Shown: positions 9,225 through 21,159, counted from the first letter of the stretch. The stretch: 64,000 nucleotides of DNA from Nitrospirota bacterium (GCA_963701855.1 CAVPBK010000005.1:32001-96000); one strand, 5' to 3'. Numbers and translations are program-made. The notes: a model not told the origin generated them from the sequence alone.

Positions 9225-11134
9225 CCCTGTGTCACCCCACTCGTATAATCTTTCTCACCATCACAATCTTATCCGAATCTACCAAGAGGATGCTCCGAGT
9301 GCCCACGACAAGCTTCATGCCGAGCCGGACGGAGAATCACCGAAGTCTTACGGTGCTCTCTCGCGTGATTTGTGCGTTGGTCTCCCTAATGGTGGTAGCC
9401 TGCGCCGCCGAGCCGCGGATCTCTGATAAGATGGCTGCCCCTTCCGGCACGACCAAGACTACGCCCTCGATTCATCCCCCCGATGCTGTTGCGTCCTATC
9501 ATTTCATGCTGGGGTACCAAGCCGAGCTTGCGCAGGATATGGATCGTGCGATTCGGGAATATCAGGCCGCGTTGAAGGCAGATCCGGCGTCCCAGTCTGT
9601 AAAAGCTCGGCTGGCCGGTCTCTATTTTTCGTTGGGCGATATGCCCAATGCTGTGCGCTATGCTGATCAAGCGGTAGAGGGGCCTAGCCAAGAGGGACAG
9701 CTGCTCACGCAGATGGCAGGTATTTTAGCCAGTGCAGGGCAAGGGGAACGTGCGCTGAAATTGTTGGATCGCGCGATCGAGACCGATCCGACCGTGAGCG
9801 ATCCCTATTTTACAAAGGGTCTCTTGCTTCTGAGTTTGAAGCGGCAGCCCGAAGCGGAACAGGCCATTCGAGCGGGCTTGGCGCGGTCTCCAGAATCTGC
9901 CGTCGGCCATTATCACCTGGGGCGGATACTCCTTGATGCGGGGAAAGGGGAAGAGGCGGCGACGAGCTTGGAGCGGGCGATTGCGGTCAATGCTTCATTT
10001 GAACCGGCCTATCTTGCGCTCGCCTCGATCTATGAGTCGCGGCAGGCCCAGGATCGAGCGATTGCCGTGCTACGAAAATATCTTCAGTCGGTGAACCCTC
10101 GAAGCCGGGACATCCGGCACCAGTTGGTTCGGCTCTATGTGGCAAAGAAAGATTATGAGGGCGCCAGGAAGGAACTCAATGATTTGTTAGCGGAAGACCC
10201 TTCGGACCTCGATGCCCAGCTTCGACTGGCAATTCTGTATGGGGAAGAGAAGGACTATCCCAAGGCCATAGACCAGCTGATCAAGATTCTCAAGGCGCGC
10301 CCGACGGAGCTCAAGATCAGAGATTACCTTGGATATATCTATGAGGAATCCAAGGATACGAAGAAGGCGATCGAGACGTATACGTTTAACGTGCAACTTG
10401 AGCCGTCCTACTTCGAAGGGCATCTGCATCTCGGCCTCTTGTTCTATCGATTGAAGCAATTTCCTGAGGCCATCACGCACTTAACCAAAGCTATTACGAT
10501 TAATCCAAAACAGCCCGAAGCCCACATCGTGCTGGGATTGACCTATTTGCAGAATGACCAGTTCGACGACGCGGCAAGGGCCTTGGAAGAAGGCATCAGC
10601 CAGAACCCCAAAAGCGCCGATTTGTACTTCAATCTTGGCACGGTCTACGACAAGCTCAATCGATTCGAAGATGTCGTGCGCGTCATGGAGGCCGCAATCA
10701 AGCTGGACCCCCATCATGCCGATGCGCTCAACTATCTGGGGTATAGCTACGCAGAGAGGGGAGTCAAGATCGACCAAGCACTTTCCTTGACCAAGCGGGC
10801 TGTCGCACTCAAACCGAGCAATGGGTACTATATCGATAGCCTCGCCTGGGCCTTGTTTAAATCCGGCTCGTTCACCGAGGCCTTAACGGAGATGCAGCGC
10901 GCTGTGGCGCTCGCAGGGGATGACCCGGTACTCTATGAGCATCTCGGGGATATTTATGCTAAACAACAGAAATTCTCAGACGCCCGTGAGTCCTGGCTCC
11001 ATGCGCTAGAGCTTGACCCGTCAAATAGTAAGTTGATGGACCGATTCCGTGAACTGGGGATGGGTGACCCGACCCAAGAAGAACGTATCCAACAGGCCAA
11101 ACGCCGTGTATCCGAGAAGATAAATGCTCAGTAA
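9221..11134 (+). CDS. TPR-repeat lipoprotein (true start probably downstream, about 9290-9320)
   Basis: Lipobox-like VVAC, many TPRs, C-terminal ALNYLGYSYAERG...DSLAWALFK...EHLGD. Confidence 0.85.
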   Translation: MTLCHPTRIIFLTITILSESTKRMLRVPTTSFMPSRTENHRSLTVLSRVICALVSLMVVACAAEPRISDKMAAPSGTTKTTPSIHPPDAVASYHFMLGYQAELAQDMDRAIREYQAALKADPASQSVKARLAGLYFSLGDMPNAVRYADQAVEGPSQEGQLLTQMAGILASAGQGERALKLLDRAIETDPTVSDPYFTKGLLLLSLKRQPEAEQAIRAGLARSPESAVGHYHLGRILLDAGKGEEAATSLERAIAVNASFEPAYLALASIYESRQAQDRAIAVLRKYLQSVNPRSRDIRHQLVRLYVAKKDYEGARKELNDLLAEDPSDLDAQLRLAILYGEEKDYPKAIDQLIKILKARPTELKIRDYLGYIYEESKDTKKAIETYTFNVQLEPSYFEGHLHLGLLFYRLKQFPEAITHLTKAITINPKQPEAHIVLGLTYLQNDQFDDAARALEEGISQNPKSADLYFNLGTVYDKLNRFEDVVRVMEAAIKLDPHHADALNYLGYSYAERGVKIDQALSLTKRAVALKPSNGYYIDSLAWALFKSGSFTEALTEMQRAVALAGDDPVLYEHLGDIYAKQQKFSDARESWLHALELDPSNSKLMDRFRELGMGDPTQEERIQQAKRRVSEKINAQ

Positions 11135-11505
11135 TACAGCTTTTGTCTGTAGCCTAGTCCTGGTTTCCTCCTTTTATCCTCTCTGCTGACATTGATTCCA
11201 TTTACAGCCCTCTCCCTGAGTCATCTGCGCTGCATATGACAAGCTGTTTCGACTCAGCCTTCTTACGCTAAGTAGCTGCTTCCTCAGAATATTTTCCCAT
11301 GCAGATAATGAATTCCTTTGGCTGCCCTCCTCCCTGGAGAGAAAGTGGAAGGCGTCACAGGCCCCTTACACTGGATGACAAATATTGGCAGATCAGAGCA
11401 AAAGAGGGAGAGATGATTTCCAATCGCTGTTTGTTTCACAGCAGATAACAATCATAACTATTTGATATTGATGACGACTTAATATTTCATGGCCTGGCCA
11501 TGTAC

Positions 11506-11523
11506 CGGGCATCGAACCTGCTA
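11506..11523 (+). promoter_or_regulatory. Probable sigma54 -24/-12 promoter of pilA
   Basis: CGGGCATCGAACCTGCTA has GG(11508)-N10-GC(11520) spacing, with an AT-rich tract upstream. Sigma54 control of pilA is established in many bacteria. Confidence 0.65.
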
Positions 11524-11618
11524 GAGGGCATGGGTAAGGAAATCGGATACGAGTTCCGATGAACTAGAAGCAAGGATGTGAAGGGGAGTCAGTGAACCAT
11601 CAACAAGGAGGCAGTACG

Positions 11619-12227
11619 ATGTTTAAGGCATTGCGGAAACAGGAGGGTTTTACCCTCATCGAGTTGATGATCGTCGTGGCGATCATCGGGATCTTGGCGG
11701 CCATCGCCATCCCGAACTTCCTGACATATCAGATGAAGTCACGCCAGTCCGAGGCGAAAACCAACCTCCAGGCGATCAAAACCTCCGAAGTCTCCTTCCA
11801 GGCGGAGCGAGGTTGTTACGTTGGAGTGAGTGTAGAGGGTGTGATGCACCTGCAGCTGGTACTAAATCAATTCCATATACCTGGATGGCTGGTCTTGGCC
11901 CATCTGGTGCCGCTACCAATTGGTGTGTTGCTGGTGGTACGTTTGGGACGGCATTTTTTAACGATATTGGGTTTAAGGCAACTGGCAATGTGAATTATCA
12001 GTATGGAGTAGATTCAACGGTGGCCCCGGCCTTGGGGACTGGAAATGGGTATACCCCGCTAACTTCTTGTCCCTTAGCCATTGCTGGGACTGCTGCTGTC
12101 GGACTCCCTATCCAAAACGACTTTGTTGCGGCGGCTAAAAGCCAATTTGGATGGCGATCCCAATATTTCAACCTGGGATTCCACGGTTGACCATGGCGCC
12201 AACGATTGTACAACCGGTGTGTTCTAG
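11619..12227 (+). CDS. pilA: Type IVa major pilin, with two compensating apparent frameshifts (near 11840 and 12142)
   Basis: Prepilin site G/FTLIELMIVVAIIGILAAIAIPNF. Reading continues in the 11813 frame, then returns to the first frame as NLDGDPNISTWD...CTTGVF* (TAG 12225-12227). Confidence 0.88.
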
Positions 12228-12329
12228 ACGGTTGTAGGTATGGTCTCGGAGGTCCCGGCAGCCATTCGATGGCTGCCGGGACCTTCCGTTTTATTCATTC
12301 TTCCCGGTCTGTCTCTTATGACGGTCTCA

Positions 12330-13289
12330 TCAGCCTTACATCATCGCGGTACATCGATCGCAAATCAGTTTCTGCTTGGCATAGCGAGGATTTCTATTAC
12401 TGGCCTCCGTCGGCTGGCTGCAAGGGGAGCTCGATCGAGCGGCAGGATCGAACGGTCGTGCAGATCGAAGGTCTCGCGCAGCTTCCCAAGGGCGAATATC
12501 TGAAACCAGCCTTGCTCGGCTATCACCACTTAGGTGCCGATCTCCTCTGGCTCAAGCTGGTACAGGTGATGGGGAATAAACGAAATAGCGAAGACGAATA
12601 TGAGTGGATGTATCACGCCCTGGACGTAATCACCACGCTCGACCCTGCAATATGCCTACGCCTACTATGCGGGCGGCGTCATCCTGGGCGATCTCGCGAA
12701 CCGCCCGGACTTGAGTAATCGGCTGCTTGAAAGGGGTGTCACCGCGAATCCAGACGTCTGGAACATTCCCTTTCTGCTCGGGTACAACTACTACTTTCTG
12801 CTCGGCGATCCAGCCAAGGGAGCGGAGTATATTATGGAGGCGGCCCGTCGGCCGGATGGCCCGTCCTATCTCCCAGGGCTCGCCACCCGCATGGCGGCGG
12901 AGGCAGGGAGTCCAGACACGGCCTTGGCGTTTCTTGAAGCCCGTTTGCGGGAGACACAAGATCCGGAGATGCGAGAAGTCTTGGCCAATCGGATGAAAGA
13001 AGTTACTATTGAACGGGATCTTCGCATACTGGAGAACGCTGTGGAAGCCTATCGGACGCAACATCGGGCCTTTCCTGCGACGCTCGAGGATCTCGTGGTG
13101 TCGGGAACCCTTCCGATGCTGCCTCAGGAACCGTTTGAAGGAGAATATCGATTAGATCCCAAGACCGGTTCGGTCTCCAGTTCGACGCATCCAGAACGGC
13201 TGCGCACGTTTTTCAAACGTAAACAGCCTATCTACACCCTTTTTCCGAAGATAGAGCCGGCCTACAGTTTCCCCAGGACTTGGGAGTGA
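12330..13289 (+). CDS. Pilin-locus TPR-like membrane protein, frameshifted; start uncertain
   Basis: Pieces LPKGEYLKPALLGYHHLGADLLWLKLVQ...LDP, then YAYAYYAGG...WNIPFLLGYNYYF...PSYLPGLA join across an indel near 12648. Position resembles the pilin-adjacent accessory genes of Myxococcus and Geobacter. Confidence 0.65.
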
Positions 13290-13292
13290 GCC

Positions 13293-14258
13293 ATGATGCC
13301 TAACCCAGATCTCGTGGTTCAGACTGAGCAACTCTCTAAGATTTTTCGCGTGGGGTTCTGGGGCAAACGAGTAACCGCGGTGGAAGGCCTCAATCTCGAA
13401 GTCCGACGTGGGGAAGTATTCGGCTTTCTCGGCCCGAACGGCGCGGGGAAAACCACAACCCTCAAGATGTTGATGGGGCTGATCTACCCGACGAGCGGGC
13501 GGGCGCGGTTGTTTGGCCGAGATCTGGGAGATCCGCAGACCAAGGCCAGGCTGGGTTTTCTTCCGGAATCGCCCTACTTTTACGACTATCTCACGAGCCG
13601 GGAGTTTCTTGGATTCTACGGGCATTTATTCGGACTGTGGGGGGCGGTTCTGAATAAGCGGATCGACGAACTCTTGGAACTGGTTGGTATGACGCACGCC
13701 AAGGATCTCCAGCTCAGGAAGTTCTCAAAAGGCATGTTGCAGCGTGTGGGGGTTGCCCAAGCCTTGATTAACGATCCGGAGTTGGTGGTGTTGGACGAAC
13801 CCATGTCGGGACTGGATCCCATCGGGCGGAAAGAAGTGCGCGATCTAATTTTGCGCCTCAAGGAGTCTGGGAAGACGGTCCTGTTCAGCTCCCACATCTT
13901 GCACGATGCCGAAGTGTTGTGCGATCGGGTTGCAATGATCCTGAAGGGGCGCCTCGTGGCCTGTGGCCTAGTGACCGACTTGCTGGATCAAGGGGCGAGT
14001 CACCAAGTGGAATTGGTCGTGGATCGTCTGACCCCCGAAGGACTGGATCACTTACGTCCGCTTACCGACAAAGTCGTGATGCAAGGGGATCTGATGCTGG
14101 TGGTGCTGAAGAGTCAGCAACAGGTCGGGGGTGCGCTGGAGATTATCCGCACGGCGAAGGCCAGACTGGTGTCGCTCAATCCTCAGAAGGGGTCGCTGGA
14201 GGACCTCTTCATTCGTGAGGTCGAAGGACATCGGAGTTCAACGGAGAAGCGCACATGA
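13293..14258 (+). CDS. ABC transporter ATP-binding protein (Myxococcus PilH-like)
   Basis: GPNGAGKTT, FSKGMLQR, LDEPMSGLDP. Confidence 0.93.
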   Translation: MMPNPDLVVQTEQLSKIFRVGFWGKRVTAVEGLNLEVRRGEVFGFLGPNGAGKTTTLKMLMGLIYPTSGRARLFGRDLGDPQTKARLGFLPESPYFYDYLTSREFLGFYGHLFGLWGAVLNKRIDELLELVGMTHAKDLQLRKFSKGMLQRVGVAQALINDPELVVLDEPMSGLDPIGRKEVRDLILRLKESGKTVLFSSHILHDAEVLCDRVAMILKGRLVACGLVTDLLDQGASHQVELVVDRLTPEGLDHLRPLTDKVVMQGDLMLVVLKSQQQVGGALEIIRTAKARLVSLNPQKGSLEDLFIREVEGHRSSTEKRT

Positions 14259-15017
14259 AAATCCTGTCGATCGGGCTGAATACCATTCAGGGAAAACTTG
14301 CGAGATAAGCTGCTCTACAATTTGCTCGTGTTTGCCCTGTTCATGATCGGCAGTTCTGTGATCCTGTCGCGGTTAACCTTGGGAGAATTCCACCGTCTCA
14401 TTCTGGATCTTGGGCTAGGGAGCATTAATTTCTTCGGGGTGTTGATTGCCATTTTTGTCGGGATTGGCCTGGTGAGCAAGGAAATCGAGAAGAAGACCAT
14501 CTACACAATTGTGTCCAAACCGGTGGCGCGATACCAATTTCTTCTCGGAAAGTATCTGGGCCTCACGATCACCCTGTTCGTCAATACGGTAGTCATGGCG
14601 CTGGGATTGTTGGTGGTGCTCTATGCTCAAGCGGTTCCCGTCGAAGGGATGCTCTTCAAGGCGCTGGCGCTGATTTTTGTCGAGTTCATGGTGATCACGG
14701 CGGTCGCCCTGTTGTTTTCTACGTTTACCAGCGCCACCCTGAGCGCCATATTCACGCTGGCGCTGTATGTGATTGGGCACCTCACGGCTGATCTGAAAAC
14801 ATTTGGCGCGAAGATGGATGATCTCAGTCGGGGGATCTTGGAGGGGATCTATTATCTCTTGCCCAACCTCGAGCGTTTCAACTTGAAGGGCCATGTCGTG
14901 CACCACCTGGAAGTAAGCGGTGCGGACCTGATGCTGATTATCGCCTACGGAGCGACGTATACGGCAGTGCTCCTCTTTACAGCCAGCCTTATTTTTCATC
15001 GGCGAGATTTCCGCTAA
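14255..15017 (+). CDS. ABC-2 type permease (Myxococcus PilI-like); one extra base near 14285
   Basis: ATG 14255 overlaps the upstream stop and reads MKILSIGLNT, then shifts into RENLRDKLLY...EIEKKTIYTIVSKPV...LGKYLG. Confidence 0.85.
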
Positions 15018-15137
15018 ACCAGCCGGCGGTTCTGATTCTCCACTTGCATTATGTCCAGGAGCCAGGTATTGAAGGGAGTGTTACGGCTGCTCTGTTAGTC
15101 CTTCGAGCGTTGAAATTCATACTGGAGGTCCGCGTCG

Positions 15138-16256
15138 ATGAATGTGCCGTTGCTTGATCTGAAAGCTCAATTCCAGCCCCTTCGTGCAGAGATCATGGCG
15201 GAGATACAGACTGTCTGTGACGAGCAGGGATTTATCCTGGGGCCGCGCATCGTAGCGTTCGAGGAATCTGTTGCCCGGTACATCGGCTCTCGCTACGCGA
15301 TCGGGTGCGCCTCCGGGAGCGATGCGCTGTTGCTCTCCCTCATGGCCATGGGAGTGAAGGCCGGCGATGAGGTCATCACCATTCCGTTCACATTTTTTGC
15401 CACGGCGGGTGCGGTTTCACGGTTGGGCGCGAAGCCGGTGTTTGTGGATATTCAGCCTGATACGTTCAATATCGATCCGGCACTCATTGAGCGAGCGATC
15501 ACGCCTCGTACGAAAGCCATCATTCCAGTTCACCTCTTTGGGCAATGTGCGGACATGGCTGCGATCAACGAGATTGCCAAGCGGAAGAAGATGTACGTTA
15601 TTGAGGATGCTTGCCAAGCCATTGGGGCGGCACAGCAAGAGAAACGCGCCGGGGTACTCGGCGACACCGGATGCTTTAGTTTTTTCCCCTCCAAGAATTT
15701 GGGAGGCTTTGGAGATGGGGGACTCATCACAACCGACGACAAAGCCCTTGCCGACTCCATGGCCATGCTCCGTGTTCATGGGAGCCGGGTCCGCTATCTC
15801 CACGAGGCGGTAGGGATCAATAGCCGGTTGGATGCGCTTCAGGCTGCCGTGCTCCAGGTCAAATTAAAGTATCTTGACCAGTGGGCCGAGGGGCGGCGGC
15901 GGAATGCCGAACGGTACCGGCAGTTGTTCGCACAGGCGAAGCTTGCAAATCGCGTGATATTGCCACCAACGGTGCCCGGAAATTTCCACGTCTATAACCA
16001 ATTCACTGTGCGTGTGCCGAAGCGCGATGAGTTGCGCGCCTTCCTCAAAGAAAAAGGTGTCGGCACGGAAGTGTACTATCCTCTCCCCATGCATCTCCAA
16101 AATTGCTATCGAGATTTAGGGCATCAGAAGGGAGCCTTCCCTGTGTCAGAACAGGCGGCTGAAGAGGTGATGTCTCTCCCAATCTACGCTGAGTTGACAG
16201 AACCGCAGCTGTCTTACGTCGTAGAGATGATTGCGGAGTTCTATCGGCGCGCCTAG
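15138..16256 (+). CDS. DegT/DnrJ/EryC1/StrS sugar aminotransferase
   Basis: [41 protein letters not shown]. Confidence 0.94.
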   Translation: MNVPLLDLKAQFQPLRAEIMAEIQTVCDEQGFILGPRIVAFEESVARYIGSRYAIGCASGSDALLLSLMAMGVKAGDEVITIPFTFFATAGAVSRLGAKPVFVDIQPDTFNIDPALIERAITPRTKAIIPVHLFGQCADMAAINEIAKRKKMYVIEDACQAIGAAQQEKRAGVLGDTGCFSFFPSKNLGGFGDGGLITTDDKALADSMAMLRVHGSRVRYLHEAVGINSRLDALQAAVLQVKLKYLDQWAEGRRRNAERYRQLFAQAKLANRVILPPTVPGNFHVYNQFTVRVPKRDELRAFLKEKGVGTEVYYPLPMHLQNCYRDLGHQKGAFPVSEQAAEEVMSLPIYAELTEPQLSYVVEMIAEFYRRA

Positions 16257-16385
16257 CAGGATGTTGTAAAAGTCCGCCAGCAGAAGATTACCGTTATTTG
16301 GTTTATCCCGTTTGTTTGGTTAAACAAGACCAACCAGATGAACCAGATCAACCCGTCCCGCCAGTCTCGTTCAGCCATTCTACTA
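16254..16385. repeat. Intergenic element, type B (IS-like head plus 9-bp periodic inverted arms)
   Basis: Head TAGCAGGATGTTGTAAAAGTCCGCCAGC, then TATTTGGTT.../TGTTTGGTT versus AACAAGACC-AACCAGATG-AACCAGATC. Confidence 0.7.
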
Positions 16386-16399
16386 GAAAGAAGGAGGCC

Positions 16400-17401
16400 A
16401 TGATGAGGTCGCTAACGTGGGGGAGCCTGTTCGTGCTCTCCTTGATATGGAGCACTGCGGCCACTGGTAAGGAGTTATCGCCCCGTGAGATTTATGAACA
16501 AGCCTCCCCAGCTGTGGTGATGGTGATGGGGCATGCAGATGGTAGGGGGAAGGGGAGTGGCGGAACCGGTTCGATTATTCAGTCAGACGGACTGATTCTG
16601 ACGAATGCTCACGTTGTGATCGAGGAACAAACCGGGAAGCCCTTCGCCCGCCTGTCTGTGTTTCTCAAGCCGGCCCGAGTGATGGGAGAGTCAAAGAGCG
16701 ATCTCTCCCGTATGGTCCGCGCCAAGGTCGTAGCCTATTCACAGCCATTGGATCTTGCCTTGTTAAAGCTCGATGGCGTGACCGAACCGCTGTCTGTCGT
16801 CGATGTGAGTGAATCGGGGCGGGCTAGGATCGGGGATCGAGTGGTCGCCATCGGTCACCCGGAACAAGGTGGATTATGGACACTCACTACTGGGGTGATC
16901 AGCGCCGAAGTCGATAACTTCAATGGAGTCAAGGGAAAGCACGTGTTTCAAACAGAGACGGGTTTGAACCGTGGAAATTCAGGTGGGCCACTCTTAGATG
17001 GAGAGGGACGGATGATCGGTGTCAATACGGCTATTGCCCGTGTCGCCTCAGATGGCCTTCCGATCACGAGCATCAGTTTCTCGCTCAAGTCGAGTGTGGC
17101 CACACAATGGTTGCGGGAACAAGGCGTGGGGATACGAACTGGACAAGGAGCGTCTCTGCCCACTGGACAGAGGCAGTCAGCGATAGACCAACAACTGACC
17201 CCATCAGTCCAGCCCCAAGCCAAACCACCCCAGCCTCCTCAGTCTGATCTGCAGCTCAAGCAGATGGTGAAGCCCGAGGTGGTTCAGCCGGTTCCGGTTC
17301 GTCCATACAATCTCGATGAGTTGATCAGCGATCGTGCAAAGGCGGAAGCTGACCTCGATAGCATGATGTCGGAAATGCGAGGACGGATGAAGGGGCGATA
17401 G
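16400..17401 (+). CDS. Secreted trypsin-like (S1C) serine protease without a PDZ domain
   Basis: Signal peptide, TNAHVV, DLALLK, GNSGGPL. RBS AGGAGG precedes ATG 16400. Confidence 0.9.
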   Translation: MMRSLTWGSLFVLSLIWSTAATGKELSPREIYEQASPAVVMVMGHADGRGKGSGGTGSIIQSDGLILTNAHVVIEEQTGKPFARLSVFLKPARVMGESKSDLSRMVRAKVVAYSQPLDLALLKLDGVTEPLSVVDVSESGRARIGDRVVAIGHPEQGGLWTLTTGVISAEVDNFNGVKGKHVFQTETGLNRGNSGGPLLDGEGRMIGVNTAIARVASDGLPITSISFSLKSSVATQWLREQGVGIRTGQGASLPTGQRQSAIDQQLTPSVQPQAKPPQPPQSDLQLKQMVKPEVVQPVPVRPYNLDELISDRAKAEADLDSMMSEMRGRMKGR

Positions 17402-17469
17402 GCAGGAGCTGATGATTGTTAGCTGTGAGTCGAATACTCCACCCAGCTCAGGTATCTTCCCATCTTTTC

Positions 17470-19143
17470 CTATGTCGTAATAGCCCCTTCCGATGCCGAC
17501 GAGACGTGCCGCGCATACTTGCCCATCACGCCGGAGGTGTAGTGGGGTAACGGCTGTTTAACCTTCTTGAGCCGGGCCTTGATTTCTTTCTGCGAGAGTT
17601 CCACGTTCAGCATCCGTTTGGCGATATCGAAGATAATCATGTCGCCGTTCTTCACGGCGCCGATTGGGCCGCCCTTGATGGCTTCCGGTGCGACATGGCC
17701 GGCCATCAGGCCATGGGTGGCGCCGGAGAAGCGGCCGTCGGTGAGCAGCGCGACGGAGTCACCCAGGCCTGCACCGACGATGGCAGCGGTGACACCGAGC
17801 ATTTCTCTCATGCCCGGCCCTCCTGAGGGGCCTTCATACCGAATCACTACGACATCACCCGCTTTGATTTGATGGGATTGCACGGCGACAAAGGCGTCCT
17901 CTTCCCTGTTGTACACTTTGGCAGGGCCACGGAACGTCATAATCGAGTGTCCAGCCACCTTCACAACGCAGCCTTCGGGAGCCAGATTCCCCCGTAGAAT
18001 CACCATTCCACCGGTCTGCTTGATCGGATTTGACAAGGGCTTGAGAACTTGTTGCCCGGATGTTTCTTTCGCGGTCTTGGCCTCTTCCCCGATCGTCCGG
18101 CCGGTTACGGTCGGCTGGCTGGCGTGCAAGAGACCGGCATCGAGCAGCCGTTTGGCGACCAAGGTGGTCCCTCCCGCTGCGTAGAGATCCGAAGCCGTAA
18201 ATCGGCCTCCAGGCTTGAGATCGGCGAGTAATGGCACCTTCCGATTAATCTTGTCGAAGTCGTCGATGCTCAGTTTGATGTTGGCTTCGCGCGCGATGGC
18301 GAGCAGATGCAACACCGCATTCGTCGAGCCGCCGGTCGTCGCGACCGCGGCAATGGCATTTTCGAGCGATTTCCGCGTGATGATCTGGCGGGGCCGCAGG
18401 TCTTGCTTCAACAGATCCATGACCATCTTTCCACACTCGAACGCCACGTCATCCTTTCGCTGATCCATGGCCGGTACGCCGTTTCGTCCCATCGGCGAAA
18501 TGCCGAGGAACTCAAACGCGATCGCCATGGTGTTAGCTGTGAACTGACCCCCGCAGGCGCCGGGGCCTGGGCAGGCATGGTCTTCGAGATCTTTGAGTTC
18601 AGCAGCAGTCATCTTGCCGGACGCATGTTTTCCGACCGCTTCGAACACATCTTGAATGGTCACGTCGTGGCCTTGGAACTGCCCCGGCATGATCGAGCCG
18701 CCGTAGAGCATGACCGACGGCAGGTTCAGGCGAGCGAGGGCCATCACGGTGCCGGGAATCGTTTTGTCGCAGCCTGACAATGCCACTACACCGTCAAACA
18801 AGTGTCCACGAGCCACGAGCTCGATCGAATCGGCAATCACTTCCCGACTGATCAACGAAGCCTTCATCCCCTCGGTCCCCATCGAAATGCCATCCGACAC
18901 CGCGATGGTGTTGTACTCGATGGGAGTGCCGCCCGCAGCTCTGATACCGGCTTTCACCCTCTCCGACAAGCGGCGCAGGTGGAAGTTGCAGGGCATGACC
19001 TCGATCCATGTGTTGGCGACGCCGATGATCGGGCGAGACAAATCCTCGTCGGTGAATCCAACGGCTTTCAACATCGCGCGGGCCGGCGCTCGATCTGGAC
19101 CGACCAGCAAATCATGGCTCATGAGTTTCAGCTCTTTCGGCAT
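17470..19143 (-). CDS. ilvD: Dihydroxy-acid dehydratase
   Basis: [43 protein letters not shown]. Confidence 0.97.
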   Translation of the reverse strand: MPKELKLMSHDLLVGPDRAPARAMLKAVGFTDEDLSRPIIGVANTWIEVMPCNFHLRRLSERVKAGIRAAGGTPIEYNTIAVSDGISMGTEGMKASLISREVIADSIELVARGHLFDGVVALSGCDKTIPGTVMALARLNLPSVMLYGGSIMPGQFQGHDVTIQDVFEAVGKHASGKMTAAELKDLEDHACPGPGACGGQFTANTMAIAFEFLGISPMGRNGVPAMDQRKDDVAFECGKMVMDLLKQDLRPRQIITRKSLENAIAAVATTGGSTNAVLHLLAIAREANIKLSIDDFDKINRKVPLLADLKPGGRFTASDLYAAGGTTLVAKRLLDAGLLHASQPTVTGRTIGEEAKTAKETSGQQVLKPLSNPIKQTGGMVILRGNLAPEGCVVKVAGHSIMTFRGPAKVYNREEDAFVAVQSHQIKAGDVVVIRYEGPSGGPGMREMLGVTAAIVGAGLGDSVALLTDGRFSGATHGLMAGHVAPEAIKGGPIGAVKNGDMIIFDIAKRMLNVELSQKEIKARLKKVKQPLPHYTSGVMGKYARHVSSASEGAITT

Positions 19144-19214
19144 GCCATCTCCCAGACCTTCGTTCTCAGTCCTTGGAACTTCTCAACGTATCCTGCCCCG
19201 TTTCTTGGATTGCA

Positions 19215-19835
19215 CTACTGTACGGACATGCTTGAAGGAGGCGCCGGCGGTGCAGCATCGCCACCCCGATGCGGATTGTCTTTCATTGCGCCGCCATGAG
19301 GGTTGCTGTAACCCTTGCCGGCATCCTTGTGTTGCTGCAGCGCTTTCTCATGCTCGATCTTTTCTTTCGCGCGCTGTTCCGGAGTCAGGAGGGCGTACAC
19401 ATCCCGACGAGCCTTGATGGAGGTCATGCGTAAGCCGACTTGAAGGTCTGCGCTCTGTTTCAGCTTGGCTTCGATCGCTCCCAGATCAGACTTCTCTTCC
19501 TCGGTCAGGGATTTCAACTCTCGTTCCGCGACCTGGATATCGGCCTCGGTCTTGATACGGGTCTTGTCCAGAGTGAGTTGCATATCTTTGAGTTTCGTGA
19601 CTTGCTCCGCAGTGAGCCCGATGTCTTGTTCGTGCTTGAGCAAATGCCGAATCAGGTGGCCGGTGCTGTTATGCATCATGCTCCCGCCATGTCCGCCCAT
19701 CGAGCTATGCCCGCCGCCTCCGTGTCCTTCCTTACCGTAGCCTGGCTCATTGGCCCAGACCGTAGACATCCCAACGGTCAGCGCGAATACAGATGCGACG
19801 CCTAGCGTCATGATGGCTCGTGTTCCCTGCTTCAT
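19215..19835 (-). CDS. Spy/CpxP-family periplasmic protein (His/Gly/Met-rich N-terminus)
   Basis: Signal peptide and LTxEQ motifs (LTAEQ, LTPEQ). Confidence 0.8.
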   Translation of the reverse strand: MKQGTRAIMTLGVASVFALTVGMSTVWANEPGYGKEGHGGGGHSSMGGHGGSMMHNSTGHLIRHLLKHEQDIGLTAEQVTKLKDMQLTLDKTRIKTEADIQVAERELKSLTEEEKSDLGAIEAKLKQSADLQVGLRMTSIKARRDVYALLTPEQRAKEKIEHEKALQQHKDAGKGYSNPHGGAMKDNPHRGGDAAPPAPPSSMSVQ

Positions 19836-20127
19836 ACTTGCCTCCTTAGGTTGAACCGAATGAAGACGTCTGACTCCATGATGACGAGCATCCTAGTAAT
19901 CCCTGCTCGTTCTTTAGCCTATTGAACAAAAAAAGTACTCGTGTGTGTCCGGCAGCAGCCCGATCACGCAGAGCATAATTTTTTCCACAAGCAAAGGTAG
20001 CTTGCCAGATCGATCAACACAACGCAAGCCAACAACACAACTCGATGAGCCCACGAACAGGCTGCACCGCCAGCGACGTAATGGCAGAGTGGCGCGCGAT
20101 AAGCGCAAGGAGCGTGACTCACTGGAG

Positions 20128-21159
20128 TTAGGGTCGTGATCGGCGTTGGGCCTGGGCGAGCAGCTCGGCACGCGGGTCCTGATGCGCAATAGCCCTGAGT
20201 TGGTCGTACAGTTTTCGCTCCTCATCCGTCAAGGAGGGGGGCATCACAATCTGGATCGTCAAGAAAAGATCGCCGTGGCCGCCGGCTGCAGCAGGAAGAC
20301 CCTTGCCCTTCAGACGAAGCTTACTGTCAGCCCGGCTCCCTGGTGGAACTTTCACCCGGACCGGTTCCATCAGCGTCGGAGCCATCACATCGGCACCCAA
20401 GGCTGCTTCCCAGGGAAAGACAGGAAGGGACACATGAATGTCGCTTCCCTGTCGGCGAAAGACGTTGTCCGGAGCGATCACGACGCGCAGATACAAATCA
20501 CCGGGCTTGCCGCCGTTGGTGCCGGCTTGGCCCTTGCCGGCTACGCGCACCCTCGTTCCATCCTGGACCCCGGCGGGGATTCGAACTTCAATCGTATGGG
20601 GATGCAGCGTGGTGCCCTGCCCCTGACAGGCTGGACAGTGTCGTCCACGAAAGGCTCCGCTCCCGTGGCAGGTGGAGCAGGGTATGGGCTCTTGCAAGGT
20701 GACGCGTTTCATTACCCCGGCGAACACTTCGGCCAGCGTCAGCTGCGCCTCTGTTTCAAGGTCCTCGCCCTGTATGGCAAATCCTCGGCCATTGCCGGCT
20801 CGCTCTCGCCCTTTGAACAGGTTCTCGAAGATGTCGGAAAAGCCTTCTCCCCCGAACGAAGTCGCCGGGCCATTTCCCCCACGAGGACCAGCTTGCCGAC
20901 GCGCCTGTTCGTAGGCCTCGGCTTGTTCCCAGTTGTCGCCATATTGATCGTATTTTTTCCGGTTACCCGGATCGCCCAGGACTTCGTGCGCGGCGTTCAA
21001 CTCCTTGAATTTTTTTTCCATCTCGGATTTCTTGGCGCCGCTATGCATGTCGGGATGGAATTGGCGCGCAAGGCGGCGGTAGGCCTTCTTGATATCATCC
21101 GCCGAGGCAGACTTGGGAAGACCGAGAATCTGATAGTAGTCGCGTTGTGTTGTTGCCAT
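20128..21159 (-). CDS. DnaJ/CbpA-class co-chaperone with a partial zinc finger
   Basis: J domain HPD motif, two CxxCxGxG repeats, DnaJ C-terminal domain. Confidence 0.92.
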   Translation of the reverse strand: MATTQRDYYQILGLPKSASADDIKKAYRRLARQFHPDMHSGAKKSEMEKKFKELNAAHEVLGDPGNRKKYDQYGDNWEQAEAYEQARRQAGPRGGNGPATSFGGEGFSDIFENLFKGRERAGNGRGFAIQGEDLETEAQLTLAEVFAGVMKRVTLQEPIPCSTCHGSGAFRGRHCPACQGQGTTLHPHTIEVRIPAGVQDGTRVRVAGKGQAGTNGGKPGDLYLRVVIAPDNVFRRQGSDIHVSLPVFPWEAALGADVMAPTLMEPVRVKVPPGSRADSKLRLKGKGLPAAAGGHGDLFLTIQIVMPPSLTDEERKLYDQLRAIAHQDPRAELLAQAQRRSRP

